A program made the position numbers and the translations under genes. Shown here piece after piece: positions 41,863 through 52,619 of a stretch of 64,000 nucleotides of DNA; the stretch's first letter is position 1, and the number at the start of each line of letters is the position of its first letter. Where the stretch lies: positions 672,001-736,000 of the forward strand of contig CAVVLJ010000020.1 in the NCBI GenBank assembly GCA_963749075.1, read 5' to 3'. This stretch comes from an uncultured Pseudomonadota bacterium (GTDB taxonomy: Bacteria; Pseudomonadota; Alphaproteobacteria; JACZXZ01). A model generated the notes under the pieces. That model worked only from the letters and a program-made list of their open reading frames with translations. It did no database searches and was not told the origin of the DNA.

Positions 41863-42766
41863 ATGGAGCTGCGGCATCTGCGCTATTTCATTGCGGTTGC
41901 CGAGGAAGGGAGTCTCACGCTCGCGGCCGGCCAACGTCTGCATACGGCGCAGCCCTCTCTGAGCCGGCAAATCCGCGATCTGGAGTTGGACGTAGGCGTG
42001 CAACTCCTGATCCGCAGCGCCCGCGGCGTCGAACTGACTGCCGCAGGCCGCGCCTTTCTCGATCATGCACGACTGGCGCTATCGCAGGTCGAGGCGGCTC
42101 GCGAAGCGGCGCGGCGGGCTGCGCACCCCGCCAAGGCGTCCTTCGTCATGGGCTTCCTCACGGGGCACGAGATGGAATGGCTCCCGGAGGCCGTGCGGAT
42201 TCTGCGCGACGAGTTGCCCAACATCGAGGTCATCATCTCCAGCCAATCCTCGCCGGAACTGGCGGCAGCGCTCCTGAGCGGAAAAGTCGACCTGGCCTTC
42301 CTGCGGCGGGAAGACGGGATGCCGGATCTGGCGTTCAAGCTCCTGACCAAGGAACCGCTGGTCGTCGTTCTGCCGAGCGATCACCGCCTCGCGGCCTTCA
42401 AGGCCATCAGCCTGCACGATATCGTGGGCGAGACATTCATAGGGGTGTCGAAGACCGCGCCTGCCCTGCGTGTGATCATTGACGACTACATAAAAAGCTC
42501 CGGCACGAACATCACGCCGGATCACGAAGCGGATAATCTTTCCATGGCAATATCGCTGGTGGCCTCGACACGCGGCGTAGCGTTGTTGCCGATCTACGTC
42601 CAAAATTTCCTTCCTTGGTCGGTGATAAGCCGCCCCCTGAAGGGCGCAGCTCCGACGATCGACTTGGTTCTCGGCTACCACAAGGCGAACACGTCTTCGC
42701 TTCTTAAGCTTTTCCTATCAAGAGTTCGACGACTTGATCGCCAGTGTGTCGAAAAAGGCCCATTGA
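41863..42766 (+). CDS. LysR family regulator (HcaR-like), +1 frameshift near 42725 close to the C-terminus
   Basis: MELRHLRYFIAVAEE..AQPSLSRQIRDLE; repaired end SRVDDLIASVSKKAH*. Confidence 0.9.
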
Positions 42767-42886
42767 GCGCGGCCAACTCCCCTCCATCAACCGCCCCAAG
42801 GGCGGACAGCGCCCGCTGGTCGAGGTGGCGCGGCGTGACATGTAGATGATCCGCGATCTCTCCGAGCGCCTCCGCAGCTATCCGCT

Positions 42887-44173
42887 CTAACTCCCCATGA
42901 CCGCGGCCGCGGCGAGGTGGCCCGAGCGCACGGCGCTCTCGATGGTGGCGGGGAGGCCGGTGTCGGTCCAGTCCCCGGCGAGGAGGAGGTTCGCGATGTG
43001 GGTGCGCGTGCGCGCCCGCTTGGGCAGCGCCGAGGGCACCTGGGCGAAGGTGGCGCGCTTCTCTTTCACGATGCGCGCGGGCGGCTGCGGCTCGCGCGCG
43101 AGGTCGAGCGCCTTGGCCACGTCGGCCCAGAGGCGCTCGGCAAGTACTTCGTTCGCCTCCTCGGCGAGCGCGTCGGCAGCGCTCACCGTGACCGAGACGA
43201 TGGGCCCGCGGCGGAAGAGCCAGTGTGCCGTGCCGCCGATGAGGCCGAGGAAGGGCAGGTTCTCCGGGAAGTCGGGTACTGTGGCGAGGCGGAAATGCGC
43301 GTTCACGATGGCGCGGCTCTCGAGCGGCACCGCGGCACCCGGCAGGAGCTCGGCCACGCGCGCGGGCGGCAGCGCCAGGATGACGAGGTGCCCGGGCTCG
43401 AGCGGGAGCTTCCCTTGGGCGAAATCGAGGGCGGCGATGCGCCCCTCCGCGATCTCGAGCGCCTTGAGCCGGCGGTTGAAGCCGGGTGCCACGCCGCGCT
43501 CGGCGAGGAAGGCAAGTGCTGGATCGACGAAGCTCGCCGAGAGGCCGTCCTTGGCGATGCAGGGCCGGCAGGCATCGCCGCCGCGCCCGAAGGTCTCGAC
43601 CACCACGGGCCACAGGAGGCGCGCCGCCCCCTCGTCCGCCGCCGTATTGAGGACGGCTGTCGCGAGCGGCTCCCAGAAGCGCTTATAGAGCACCCGGTGC
43701 CTGGCGAGGCATTGGGCGACCGTGGCATTGGGCTCGGCCACCGCCAGGCGCAGCGCCGCGAGATAATCGAGGAGCGAGGTATCCGGCACGCGGCGCGCGG
43801 GGTCGCAGATCCACCAGGGCAGGCGGCCGCGGTTGGGCCGCACGGTCCAGTGCTTCCCGCTCGCGAGGTCGACGAAGGGGAAGGCCGGCTCGGGCGCCGA
43901 ATAGAGCGTGTCCGCGGCGCCGATCTCGGCGAGATAGGCGAGCGCCGAGCGGTTGCCCGAGAGCAGCAGGTGATTGCCGTTGTCGATGACGGTGCCAAGC
44001 GTCTCGTCGAAGAAGGAGCGGCAGCGGCCGCCCGCCTGCCCGGCCGCCTCGTGGAGGCGGACCTCGACGTTGCCCGTGGCGGCGAGGCGCACCGCGGCGG
44101 CGAGGCCGGAGAGCCCGGCACCGACGATATGGGCGACCGACCAGCCCCGCCGCGCGCGCCTAGAGGACGCCAT
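42887..44173 (-). CDS. hpnE: Hydroxysqualene dehydroxylase
   Basis: GAGLSGLAAA, GGRCRS, IDNGNHLLLSGN, KEKRATF, AGDWT.TGLPATIE. Confidence 0.93.
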   Translation of the reverse strand: MASSRRARRGWSVAHIVGAGLSGLAAAVRLAATGNVEVRLHEAAGQAGGRCRSFFDETLGTVIDNGNHLLLSGNRSALAYLAEIGAADTLYSAPEPAFPFVDLASGKHWTVRPNRGRLPWWICDPARRVPDTSLLDYLAALRLAVAEPNATVAQCLARHRVLYKRFWEPLATAVLNTAADEGAARLLWPVVVETFGRGGDACRPCIAKDGLSASFVDPALAFLAERGVAPGFNRRLKALEIAEGRIAALDFAQGKLPLEPGHLVILALPPARVAELLPGAAVPLESRAIVNAHFRLATVPDFPENLPFLGLIGGTAHWLFRRGPIVSVTVSAADALAEEANEVLAERLWADVAKALDLAREPQPPARIVKEKRATFAQVPSALPKRARTRTHIANLLLAGDWTDTGLPATIESAVRSGHLAAAAVMGS

Positions 44174-45029
44174 GGCGCAGTGCCAGCCAGAGCTTTGCGA
44201 GCTTGGAGGGGCCGACCGGGCGCTCGAGCTCCTGCCAGCCGCGCGCCACCAGCGCATCCAAGGTGCGGCGATAGACCTCCATCATGATGACGGCCGGCCG
44301 CATCTTGCGGCGGTCGAGCCGCGCGAGCCATGACCGCGCCTCGTCGTAGCTCGCACGCGCGATGGCGGCGAGCTCGTCGCAAACCGCGCCCAAGGCGGGG
44401 TGGGCGAGCACGGCCTCCGGCTCGCTGGCCGCGATGCCGTGGCGCTCGAGGAGCTCGCGCGGCAGGTAGAGCCGGCCGCGCTCCGCGTCCTCTCTGAGGT
44501 CGCGCAGGATGTTGGTGAGCTGCAGCGCCTTGCCCTCGGCGAGTGCGAGCTTGCGCGCGCTCTCGCTGCGGTCGCCGAAGGCGCGCACCGAGAGGAGGCC
44601 GACCGCACCCGCCACGCGCGCGCAATAGAGCTCGAGCTCGGCGAGCGAAGGTGCCCGCATGTCGCCGAGCGCATCCATCTCCATGCCGTCGATGACCGCA
44701 AGAAAGTCGTCGCGCAAGAGTCCGTAGTCCGCGACCGGCCGCAGAAGCGCCCGCGTGGTCGGCCGTGTGGGAGCGCCGGCATAGAGCCGCCCGATCTCGC
44801 GCCGCCACTCGGCGAGCGCCTGGCGCTTCTCCTCGGCTGCACCGCCCTCGTCCGCGATGTCGTCGACCTCGCGGCAGAAGGCGTAGATGGCGAACATGGC
44901 GTCGCGCCGGGCGGGCTCGAGGAGCCGCATGGCCCAGAAGAACGAGGTGCCGGAACGCAGGGTGACCTGCCGCACATGGGCGCGTGCCGCCTCCTCTGAG
45001 GCGGCGGCCGGGGAGACGGTCTCTGCCAC
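44160..45029 (-). CDS. hpnD: Presqualene diphosphate synthase
   Basis: SGTSFFWAM, YAFCREVDDIAD, LQLTNILRD..ED..GRLYLP. Confidence 0.93.
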   Translation of the reverse strand: MAETVSPAAASEEAARAHVRQVTLRSGTSFFWAMRLLEPARRDAMFAIYAFCREVDDIADEGGAAEEKRQALAEWRREIGRLYAGAPTRPTTRALLRPVADYGLLRDDFLAVIDGMEMDALGDMRAPSLAELELYCARVAGAVGLLSVRAFGDRSESARKLALAEGKALQLTNILRDLREDAERGRLYLPRELLERHGIAASEPEAVLAHPALGAVCDELAAIARASYDEARSWLARLDRRKMRPAVIMMEVYRRTLDALVARGWQELERPVGPSKLAKLWLALRHGVL

Positions 45030-45042
45030 GGGAGGAGCTGCC

Positions 45043-46225
45043 TCAGCCGGAGGGGCGCGGCTCGCCCGCGTAGGTGCGGCCCTTCCAAGCGCCGCCGCGG
45101 CCGCGCCAGTGGAGGAGTGCCGAATCGATTGTCATCGCCATGTAGAACGCCGCGGCGAGAGGCAGCAGCAGCGAGCGCCACGCCGGCTCGCCGTAGAGCG
45201 CCAGGGTCGGGCGGTACATATAGGCCATGAGCGCCCAGGCGAGCATGGCGATCACGGCGAGCGGGACGTCCCACAGCAGCAGCCCCGCCACCAGGAAGAT
45301 CGGCGGCACCAGATACATGAGCGACATGAGGACGACGGTGCCGAGCAGCAGGACGCGGGAGTATCTCAGCTGGGTGAAGGCCGAGCGCGCCACCATGTGC
45401 CAGAACGTCCGCGAGCGTCTCATAGGGCCGGATGCTGTGCACCCGGTCGGTGAGGCCGAGCCAGATGGCGCCCCCCTGGTCCTTGACGAGGCGCGCCAGC
45501 GCCAGATCGTCGATCAGAGCGCCGCGGATGGCGGCGATGCCGCCCGCGCGCTCGAGGGCTGCTTTGCGCACCAGCATGCAGCCGCCGGCGGCGGCGGCGA
45601 CGCGGCTCCGGCGCCGGTTGACCTCGCGGAAGGGGTAGAGCATCTGGAAGAAGAAGACGAAGGCGGGGATGAGCAGGCGCTCCCAGAAGCTCAGCGAGCG
45701 CAGCAGCACCATGAGGGAGACGAGGTCGAGGCGCTCCGTCTCCGCCTTGGCGACGAGGCGGCGCAGGTTGAGCGCGTCGTGGCTGATGTCGGCGTCGGTG
45801 AGGAGGAGATAGGACGCCTCGCCGAGCTCGCCGGCGAAGCGCGCCCCTTGTGCCATGGCCCAGGTCTTGCCGGTCCAGCCCGGGGGCAGCGGGGCGCCCT
45901 CGATGACCGTGAGCCGCTCCGCGGCCCCGGCCGCTGCCGCCGCCGCGCGCGCCGCCGCCGCCGTGCCGTCCTCGCTGCGGTCATCGACGAGCACGAGCGA
46001 CAATTTGCCCGGATAGTCCTGGGCGAGGAGCGAGGCGACCGCGCGGCCGATGAATTCGGCCTCGTTGCGCGCCGGGACGACGGCCACGACCTGCGGCCAC
46101 GCGGCGAGCGGCGGCACCTCCTCGGGCAGGCGGTGGGAGGCCCGCCAGAAGCCGTGCCGCAGGAAAAACTTGCCGAGGCCCGAGAGCAGGGCCAGCGACG
46201 TGACGCCGGTCAGGGTCAAGATCAT
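45043..46225 (-). CDS. hpnB: Hopanoid-associated GT2 glycosyltransferase (+1 frameshift near 45405)
   Basis: VPARNEA, GWTGK.WAM, LIPAFVFFFQMLYPF, repaired W.MVARSAFTQL, WKGR. Confidence 0.88.
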
Positions 46226-46292
46226 GACGCGTGGATAGCCCATGGGCGGAAGCAAAGCCAGCCATTTCCCGGCCGTCCGCTGCGGGTTCCGC

Positions 46293-47165
46293 TCACCGGC
46301 GCCGGCCTTGGAGGAGGGTGCGCACGACGCCCGAAGCGGCGACCAGGAGGAAGGCTGGCTTGGCGAGCTCGACCCGGCGGGCGAGCGGGTCGTGCCGGCG
46401 CAAAAGGACGCCGAGCCGCTCCGCGAGTGCCAAGATGGCGCCGGATTCGCAGGCAAGGCGCCGGTCGGAGAGGAGGCCGGGCAGCTTCTGCGCCTCCGCC
46501 ATGAGTGCTGCTACCCCGTCGAGGCAGCGGTCGAGCACGCGCCGCATGCCGGGGCTCGCCCGCGGCACCGCGAGGGCCTCGACGCGCTCGCCCTCGGCCG
46601 CGAGCCACTCGAGCGGGAGATAGACGCGGTCGAGGTTGCGGTAGTCGTCGCGGCAGTCCTGCAGATGGTTGATGACCTGAAGCGCGTTGCAGAGGGCGTC
46701 CGAGGCCGGGTAGCCCGCCTTGCTCTCGCCGTGGAGGTCGAGGAGGTAGCGGCCGACCGGTGCCGCCGAGAGCATGCAGTAGCGCACGATGAGCTCGTCC
46801 CAGCTCTGGTAGCGCAAGACCGTGGCGTCGCGCTTGAAGGCGGCGATGAGGTCTGTGCAGTGCTGCGCAGTCACGCCGGTCTCGGCCAGGCTCTCGCGCA
46901 GGCGGTGGGCCTTGAGATAGGCGGGATCGGCACGCTCGCGCCCGAGGATGGCCGCCTCGAAGCCCTCGAGGCGCCTCGCCTTCTCCTCGGGCGCCAAGGC
47001 CGGATTGTCTGCGATGTCGTCGATGGCGCGGGCGAAGCCGTAGAAGAGCGCCACATGGGGCCGCAAGCGGGCGGGAAGGAGGAGGGAGCCCACGGGAAAA
47101 TTTTCGTCCCCGGCACCCTTGCCCGACGGCGTCTCGACCGCCTCTGCGCCGATGGCACCTGCCAT
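46293..47165 (-). CDS. hpnC: Hydroxysqualene synthase
   Basis: ENFPVGS, FARAIDDIAD, SAAPVGR, ALQVINHLQD. Confidence 0.93.
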   Translation of the reverse strand: MAGAIGAEAVETPSGKGAGDENFPVGSLLLPARLRPHVALFYGFARAIDDIADNPALAPEEKARRLEGFEAAILGRERADPAYLKAHRLRESLAETGVTAQHCTDLIAAFKRDATVLRYQSWDELIVRYCMLSAAPVGRYLLDLHGESKAGYPASDALCNALQVINHLQDCRDDYRNLDRVYLPLEWLAAEGERVEALAVPRASPGMRRVLDRCLDGVAALMAEAQKLPGLLSDRRLACESGAILALAERLGVLLRRHDPLARRVELAKPAFLLVAASGVVRTLLQGRRR

Positions 47166-47338
47166 GCCCGTCTCCGCGTTCCCTCGCGAAAGCCCGCCAG
47201 TATCCATCGGTAGCACATTTCGCGCGGGGCATGTGAGACGTGCCGCACCCCGGTTGTGCGCCCTCTCCCGGGCGGGCGTGGACAGCGCCGCCGGCCGCCG
47301 CTACAAAAGGCCGGGCTTGGCGGGGGAGGGGTGCTCAG

Positions 47339-48316
47339 ATGACGGTTCTCGTCACGGGTGCTGCGGGGTTCATCGGCTACCACGTGAGCGAGGCGCTCCT
47401 CGCGGAGGGCGAGCGCGTCATCGGCGTCGACGAGGTGAACGACTATTACGACGTGCGGCTCAAGGAGGCCCGTCTCGCGCGCCTCCAGGCCAGGCCGGGC
47501 TTCGCCTTCGAGCGCCGCGACATAGCAGGGGCGGGCGCCCTCTCCGAGCTCGCCGAGCGGCATCCCGGCATCACGCGCGTCGTGCACCTCGCGGCCCAGG
47601 CGGGGGTGCGCTACTCGCTCATCGATCCCGGCGCCTATATCCACGCCAACGTGGCGGGGCACCAGGCCGTGCTCGAGCTCTGCCGCGGGCTCGAGGGTTT
47701 CGAGCATCTCGTCTACGCGAGCTCGTCCTCGGTCTACGGCGGCAGCCGCAAGCTGCCCTTCGCGATCGAGGACCGCATCGACCGCCCGGTCTCCCTCTAT
47801 GCCGCGACCAAGGGTGCGGACGAGCTCATCAGCTATGCCTACTGCCATCTCTTCGGCATTCCGGCGACCGGCTTGCGCTTCTTCACGGTCTACGGCCCGT
47901 GGGGACGGCCGGACATGGCGATGTACATCTTCACCAAGGCGATCCTCGAGGGGCAGCCCTTGCGCCTCTTCAATCAAGGCGACATGCGGCGCGACTTCAC
48001 CTATATCGACGACGTGGTCGCTGGCGTGCTCGCCTCCCTCGACCGCGCGCCGCCACGGGGCCAGGACGCTCCCCACCGGCTCTACAACATCGGCAACCAC
48101 CGCGCCGAGGAGCTCCGCCATCTCGTGGCCCTCATCGAGCGGGCAACGAACCGAAAGGCCATCGTCGAGCTCGCCCCCATGCAGCCCGGCGACGTGGTCG
48201 AGACCTTCGCCGACATCACGGCGAGCGAGCGCGAGCTCGGCTTCGCCCCGCGCGTCGGCCTCGAGGAGGGCGTGCAGCTCTTCGTCGCCTGGTACCGCGA
48301 GTATCACGGGATGTGA
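47339..48316 (+). CDS. UDP-glucuronate 4-epimerase-like NAD-dependent epimerase
   Basis: HLAAQAGVRYS, SLYAATK, RFFTVYGPWGRPDMA, MQPGDV. Confidence 0.9.
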   Translation: MTVLVTGAAGFIGYHVSEALLAEGERVIGVDEVNDYYDVRLKEARLARLQARPGFAFERRDIAGAGALSELAERHPGITRVVHLAAQAGVRYSLIDPGAYIHANVAGHQAVLELCRGLEGFEHLVYASSSSVYGGSRKLPFAIEDRIDRPVSLYAATKGADELISYAYCHLFGIPATGLRFFTVYGPWGRPDMAMYIFTKAILEGQPLRLFNQGDMRRDFTYIDDVVAGVLASLDRAPPRGQDAPHRLYNIGNHRAEELRHLVALIERATNRKAIVELAPMQPGDVVETFADITASERELGFAPRVGLEEGVQLFVAWYREYHGM

Positions 48317-48356
48317 GGGGCGGTGGGGTTCTCGAGGGGGAGCTCTCGCTTAATCC

Positions 48357-48391
48357 CTTGACGCCGCCGGAATAATGCATAGGCTATGCAT
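48357..48391 (+). promoter_or_regulatory. Promoter with overlapping palindrome (probable MarR operator)
   Basis: CTTGAC-N17-TAGGCT; ATGCATAG-G-CTATGCAT (48375-48391) covers the -10 and abuts ATG 48392. Confidence 0.7.
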
Positions 48392-48943
48392 ATGTTGGCT
48401 GCGAACAAACTGGGCGCCCTCGGCGTGCTCGTCTCCGATGCCATGGAAGATGCGCTCGATGGGATGTCGCCGAGCGCTGCGGCACTGCTGCTCACGCTGC
48501 ACTACCGTCCCAGCATGACGATGACCCGGTTGGCGGAGGTCGCCGGCATCGCCCAGCCCACCGCCGTGCGGGTGCTCGACGGTCTTGCCCGCCGCGGGTG
48601 GCTGGAACGCAAGCCGCGCATCGGACGGACGACGCCGCTCGGCCTCACTCGCGCGGGGAAGGAGCGGGCGCGATCTCTGCAAGCGGCGCGTCTCCTTGCC
48701 ATGGACCGCATTCTGGCAGCCTTGCCCCGGCAAGAGCGGAGCGCGTTCGAGCGCTCGCTCGATGCGATGCTGGCCGCCGCGACCACCTCGCGGGCCTTTG
48801 CCCGTACGACGTGCCGGTTGTGCGATCACGCGGCGTGCGACGGGCCGAGCTGTCCCATCGGCACTCGCGCGACCGACCTTGAACGAGCGCCCGCGGACCC
48901 TGAGCGGAGAAAAACGAACCATGCTGATCGCCCACGCAGGTAA
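48392..48943 (+). CDS. MarR family regulator with C-terminal Cys cluster
   Basis: wHTH (LAEVAGIAQPTAVRVLDGL..RGWLER..LT.AG); C-terminal CRLCDHAACDGPSCP; alternative start 48386. Confidence 0.85.
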   Translation: MLAANKLGALGVLVSDAMEDALDGMSPSAAALLLTLHYRPSMTMTRLAEVAGIAQPTAVRVLDGLARRGWLERKPRIGRTTPLGLTRAGKERARSLQAARLLAMDRILAALPRQERSAFERSLDAMLAAATTSRAFARTTCRLCDHAACDGPSCPIGTRATDLERAPADPERRKTNHADRPRR

Positions 48944-49526
48944 GCATCCGCAGATAGACCCGTCTGCCTGGGTCGCACCCGACGCTACGCTATGCGGCGA
49001 TGTCGCGATCGGCCCCGGCGCCCGCATCATGCACGGGGCGCGCCTCATCGGCGAGGCGGGCGGCGCCATCCGGATCGGACGCGACTGCATCGTGATGGAA
49101 AACGCCGTGGTGCGCGCGAGCCGCCGCCACGGCTGCACGGTCGGCGACAACTGTCTGATCGGCCCCAATGCCCATGTCGCAGGCGCCGTGCTGGAGGATC
49201 AGGTATTCGTCGCGACGGGAGCCGCAATCTTTCACGGCGCTTATCTTGGCGAGCGGGCGGAAGTGCGCCCGCATGCCACCGTACATCTGCGCACCCGGTT
49301 GGCGCCGGGTACCACCGTGCCGATCGGCTGGGTCGCCGTCGGCGACCCGGCGAGCATCCTGCCGCCCGGCAAGCATGACGAGATATGGGCGGTGCAGGCG
49401 CCGCTCAACTTTCCGGAGTGGGTCTATGGTTTCGATCGCGGCACGCCGGACCTGATGGTCCAGGTGACGCGCCGCCTCTCCGCCGTGCTCGGCGCGCATG
49501 CGGACGACCGTATGCTCGAGACGTGA
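48921..49526 (+). CDS. Gamma-carbonic-anhydrase-like hexapeptide-repeat protein
   Basis: PQIDPSAWVAP.A.L.GDV.IG and left-handed beta-helix repeats; canonical Zn histidines appear replaced. Confidence 0.8.
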   Translation: MLIAHAGKHPQIDPSAWVAPDATLCGDVAIGPGARIMHGARLIGEAGGAIRIGRDCIVMENAVVRASRRHGCTVGDNCLIGPNAHVAGAVLEDQVFVATGAAIFHGAYLGERAEVRPHATVHLRTRLAPGTTVPIGWVAVGDPASILPPGKHDEIWAVQAPLNFPEWVYGFDRGTPDLMVQVTRRLSAVLGAHADDRMLET

Positions 49527-49633
49527 CGCGGCGCCGAGCGGAACCAGCCGAGCGCATTCGCGAAGCGAGATAGGCGAACGTTCGAAGCGGCCGGAAGTAC
49601 CCTGGGAAGACGGCCTTGCGGCGCGCGCGGGCG

Positions 49634-51056
49634 TCAGCGCCCGTAGGCGTCCTCGAGCCGCTCGATGTCGTCCTCGCCGAAATAGCTCCCGGTCTGCACC
49701 TCGATGATGTCGAGCGGGCCCTCGCCGGGGTTCTCGAGGCGGTGCACCGAGCCGAGCGGCACGTAGGTCGAACTCGTTCTCCTTGAGCGCGAAGACCTTG
49801 TCGCCGATGGTGACGCGCGCCTCTCCGCGCACCACGGTCCAGTGCTCGGCGCGCTTGGCGTGGCGCTGCAGCGAGAGCTTGGCGCCCGGCTTCACGGTGA
49901 TGCGCTTCACCTGGTGGGAGGGCCCGGCGTCGATCTGCTGATAGCTGCCCCACGGCCGGTGCACCTTGCGATGCACGATCGCCTCGGAGCGCCCGTCGCG
50001 CTCGAGCCGCTCGACGATCTCCTTGACCTCCTGGGCGCGCGCGCGGGGTGCGAGGAGGAGCGCATCCTCCGTCGCCACCACGACGAGGCCCTCGATGCCG
50101 ATGGCGGCGACGAGGCGGCCGTCGGCGCGGATGTAGCTGTCGCTCACGTCGCGCGCGAGCACGTCCCCCACCAGCACGTTGCCGGCCGCATCCTGGCTGC
50201 CGATCGACCACAGGGACGACCAGGAGCCCACGTCGCTCCAGCCGATCTGGGCGGGCACCACGGCCGCGGCTGCGGTGCGCTCCATCACCGCATAGTCGAT
50301 CGAGGTGGCGGGAATCCGCGCGAAGGCGTCGGCGCCGAGGCGGAGGAAGCCGAGGTCCTTGCTGCTGGCAGCCAGGGCCGCGCGGCAGCCGGCGAGGATC
50401 GGCGGCGCCAGGCGCTCGAGCTCCGCGAGATAGCTCCGGACGCGGAAGAGGAACATGCCGCTGTTCCAGTAATAGCCCCCCTCGGCGAGGAAGCCTTCGG
50501 CGGTCGAGCGGTCGGGCTTTTCCGTGAAGCGCGCGATGCGGAAAGCGCCGGGCGCTCCGCCAAGGGCCTCGCCGGCGCGGATGTAGCCGTAGCCGGTCTC
50601 GGGCTCCGTGGGCGTCATGCCGAAGGTGACGATGGCACCCGCCTCCGCCGCCCGCGCCGCCGTCTCGAGCGCGGCGAGGAACGCCGCCTGGTCCGCGATG
50701 ACGTGATCGGAGGGCAGCACCAGCATGAGCGCGTCCGCGTCCTCCTCGGCCAGCATGAGTGCGGCCACCGTCACCGCGGGTGCCGTGTTGCGCCCGAGCG
50801 GCTCGAGCACGATGGCGCGCGGCTCGACCGCGATCTCGCGCAGCTGCTCGGCGATGGCGAAGCGGTACTCCTCGTTGCACACCAGGATGGGGGGGGCAAA
50901 ATGCGCCCGCTCGGCCACGCGCTTCACGGTCTCCTGCAGCAGGCTCAGCCGCGAGGCGAGCGGCAAGAGGTGCTTGGGATAGGCCTTGCGCGAGAGCGGC
51001 CAAAGCCGGGTGCCCGAGCCGCCCGAGAGGATGACCGGCTGGATTTTTCCGCCCAT
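49634..51056 (-). CDS. manC: Mannose-1-phosphate guanylyltransferase/mannose-6-phosphate isomerase (+1 frameshift near 49771)
   Basis: [38 protein letters not shown], repaired ENESTYVP..HRLEN..EDDI. Confidence 0.93.
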
Positions 51057-51271
51057 TCGTGCCCGTCTCACATGATTGGCGCGGCCCCTTATACACCAGC
51101 CGCGGCCCGGCTCCTACACGGCCGATTTCGGCGCTGTCCCTCGTCTTCGATTGACAATTGCCAGTGCGGGGGCTAGGAGCCTGTCTCCGGAACGGCAACG
51201 GATCCGGCTTTCCGCGGCGGCGCCCGCCGCGTGCAACCGGCAGAGCGCCCCTCCATTTCCCGCAAAACGGC

Positions 51272-52558
51272 ATGCCGAGCTCCCCACGCATTGCGATCGT
51301 CGGCTTAGGCTACGTCGGCCTGCCGCTTGCCGTGGCGCTCGCCCGCCACTTCGAGGTGGTCGGCTTCGACGTGGACGAGACGCGCATCGGGGAGCTGCGC
51401 GGCAGCCACGACCGCACCGGCGAGATCGGCGAAGCGGTGCTGCGCGCAAGCCGGCTCGAGATCGTCAACGAGCTCGAGGCGATCCGCGGCTGCCAGGTCT
51501 TCATCATCACCGTGCCGACCCCGGTCACCGAGGACAATCTGCCCGATCTCGAGGCCGTGCGCGCGGCCTGCCGCATGATCGGCCGCGTCATCGCCAAAGG
51601 CGCGCTCGTGGTGCTCGAGAGCACGGTCTATCCCGGCGTCACCGAGGAAATCTGCCGGCCCGAGATCGCCAGCGCCTCGGGGCTCAAAGGCGGCGTCGAC
51701 TTCCACGTCGGCTATTCGCCCGAGCGCATCAATCCGGGCGACCGCCAGCACGCGGTCGACCGCATCGTGAAGGTGGTGGCCGGCGAGACCCCGGAGGTGG
51801 CGGCGCGCCTCGCGGCGATCTACGGCGCCATCAACGGCGGCCAGATCCACCTCGCCAAGAGCATCAAGACCGCCGAGGCGGCCAAGGTCATCGAGAACGC
51901 CCAGCGCGACATCAACATCGCCTTCATCAACGAAGTGACGATGATCTTCAACAAGATGGGCCTCTCCATCCACGACGTGCTGGCGACCTCCTCGACCAAG
52001 TGGAATTTTCTCCGCTTCATGCCCGGGCTGGTGGGCGGCCACTGCATCGGGGTCGATCCCTTTTTTCTAGCGCACCTCGCGCACAGCCTCGGGCACGACC
52101 CGGAGATCATCCTCGCCGGCCGGCGCATCAACGACCGCATGGGCGCCTACGTCGCGAGCGAGATCGCGACGGCGCTCGGGCGGCGCTGCCAAAGGCCAGA
52201 GGGTGCCCGCATCCTGGTGCTCGGCCTCACCTTCAAGGAGAACATCCCCGATCTGCGCAACAGCAAGGTGGAAGATCTCATCCGCGGCCTGCGCGCGCGC
52301 GGCCATGAGGTCGCAGTCCACGACCCCTTCGCCGATCCCGGCGAGGCCAAGCTGCTCTACGGCGTCGAGCTGCTCGAGAGCCTCGCCGGCCTCGAGGGCT
52401 ACGACTGCGTGGTGGGGGCCGTGGCGCACGACGAGTACCGCGCGCTCAAGCCGAGCGACTTCGCCCGCCTGGTCAAAAAGGACGGCCTCGTGGCGGACGT
52501 GAAGGGCATCTGGCGCGACACCGAGCTGCCGCCGGATACCGGACGCTGGGAGCTCTAG
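51272..52558 (+). CDS. UDP-N-acetylhexosamine/nucleotide-sugar dehydrogenase (TviB/WbpO-like)
   Basis: GLGYVGLP, ESTVYPG, SPERINPGD, PGLVGGHCIGVDP, FKEN.PDLRN. Confidence 0.9.
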   Translation: MPSSPRIAIVGLGYVGLPLAVALARHFEVVGFDVDETRIGELRGSHDRTGEIGEAVLRASRLEIVNELEAIRGCQVFIITVPTPVTEDNLPDLEAVRAACRMIGRVIAKGALVVLESTVYPGVTEEICRPEIASASGLKGGVDFHVGYSPERINPGDRQHAVDRIVKVVAGETPEVAARLAAIYGAINGGQIHLAKSIKTAEAAKVIENAQRDINIAFINEVTMIFNKMGLSIHDVLATSSTKWNFLRFMPGLVGGHCIGVDPFFLAHLAHSLGHDPEIILAGRRINDRMGAYVASEIATALGRRCQRPEGARILVLGLTFKENIPDLRNSKVEDLIRGLRARGHEVAVHDPFADPGEAKLLYGVELLESLAGLEGYDCVVGAVAHDEYRALKPSDFARLVKKDGLVADVKGIWRDTELPPDTGRWEL

Positions 52559-52619
52559 ATGCGGCGCCGCCGCCGGCATCGGCTGCGGGGGATGCCATGA
52601 CGCATGCGCCGAGAGCGCG

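Noticed and set aside
13171-51056. Eight frameshifted genes as true pseudogenes or programmed frameshifts
   Set aside because: Each has one indel and no other decay, there are no slippery heptamers, and seven fall at or beside two short motifs; read error is more parsimonious
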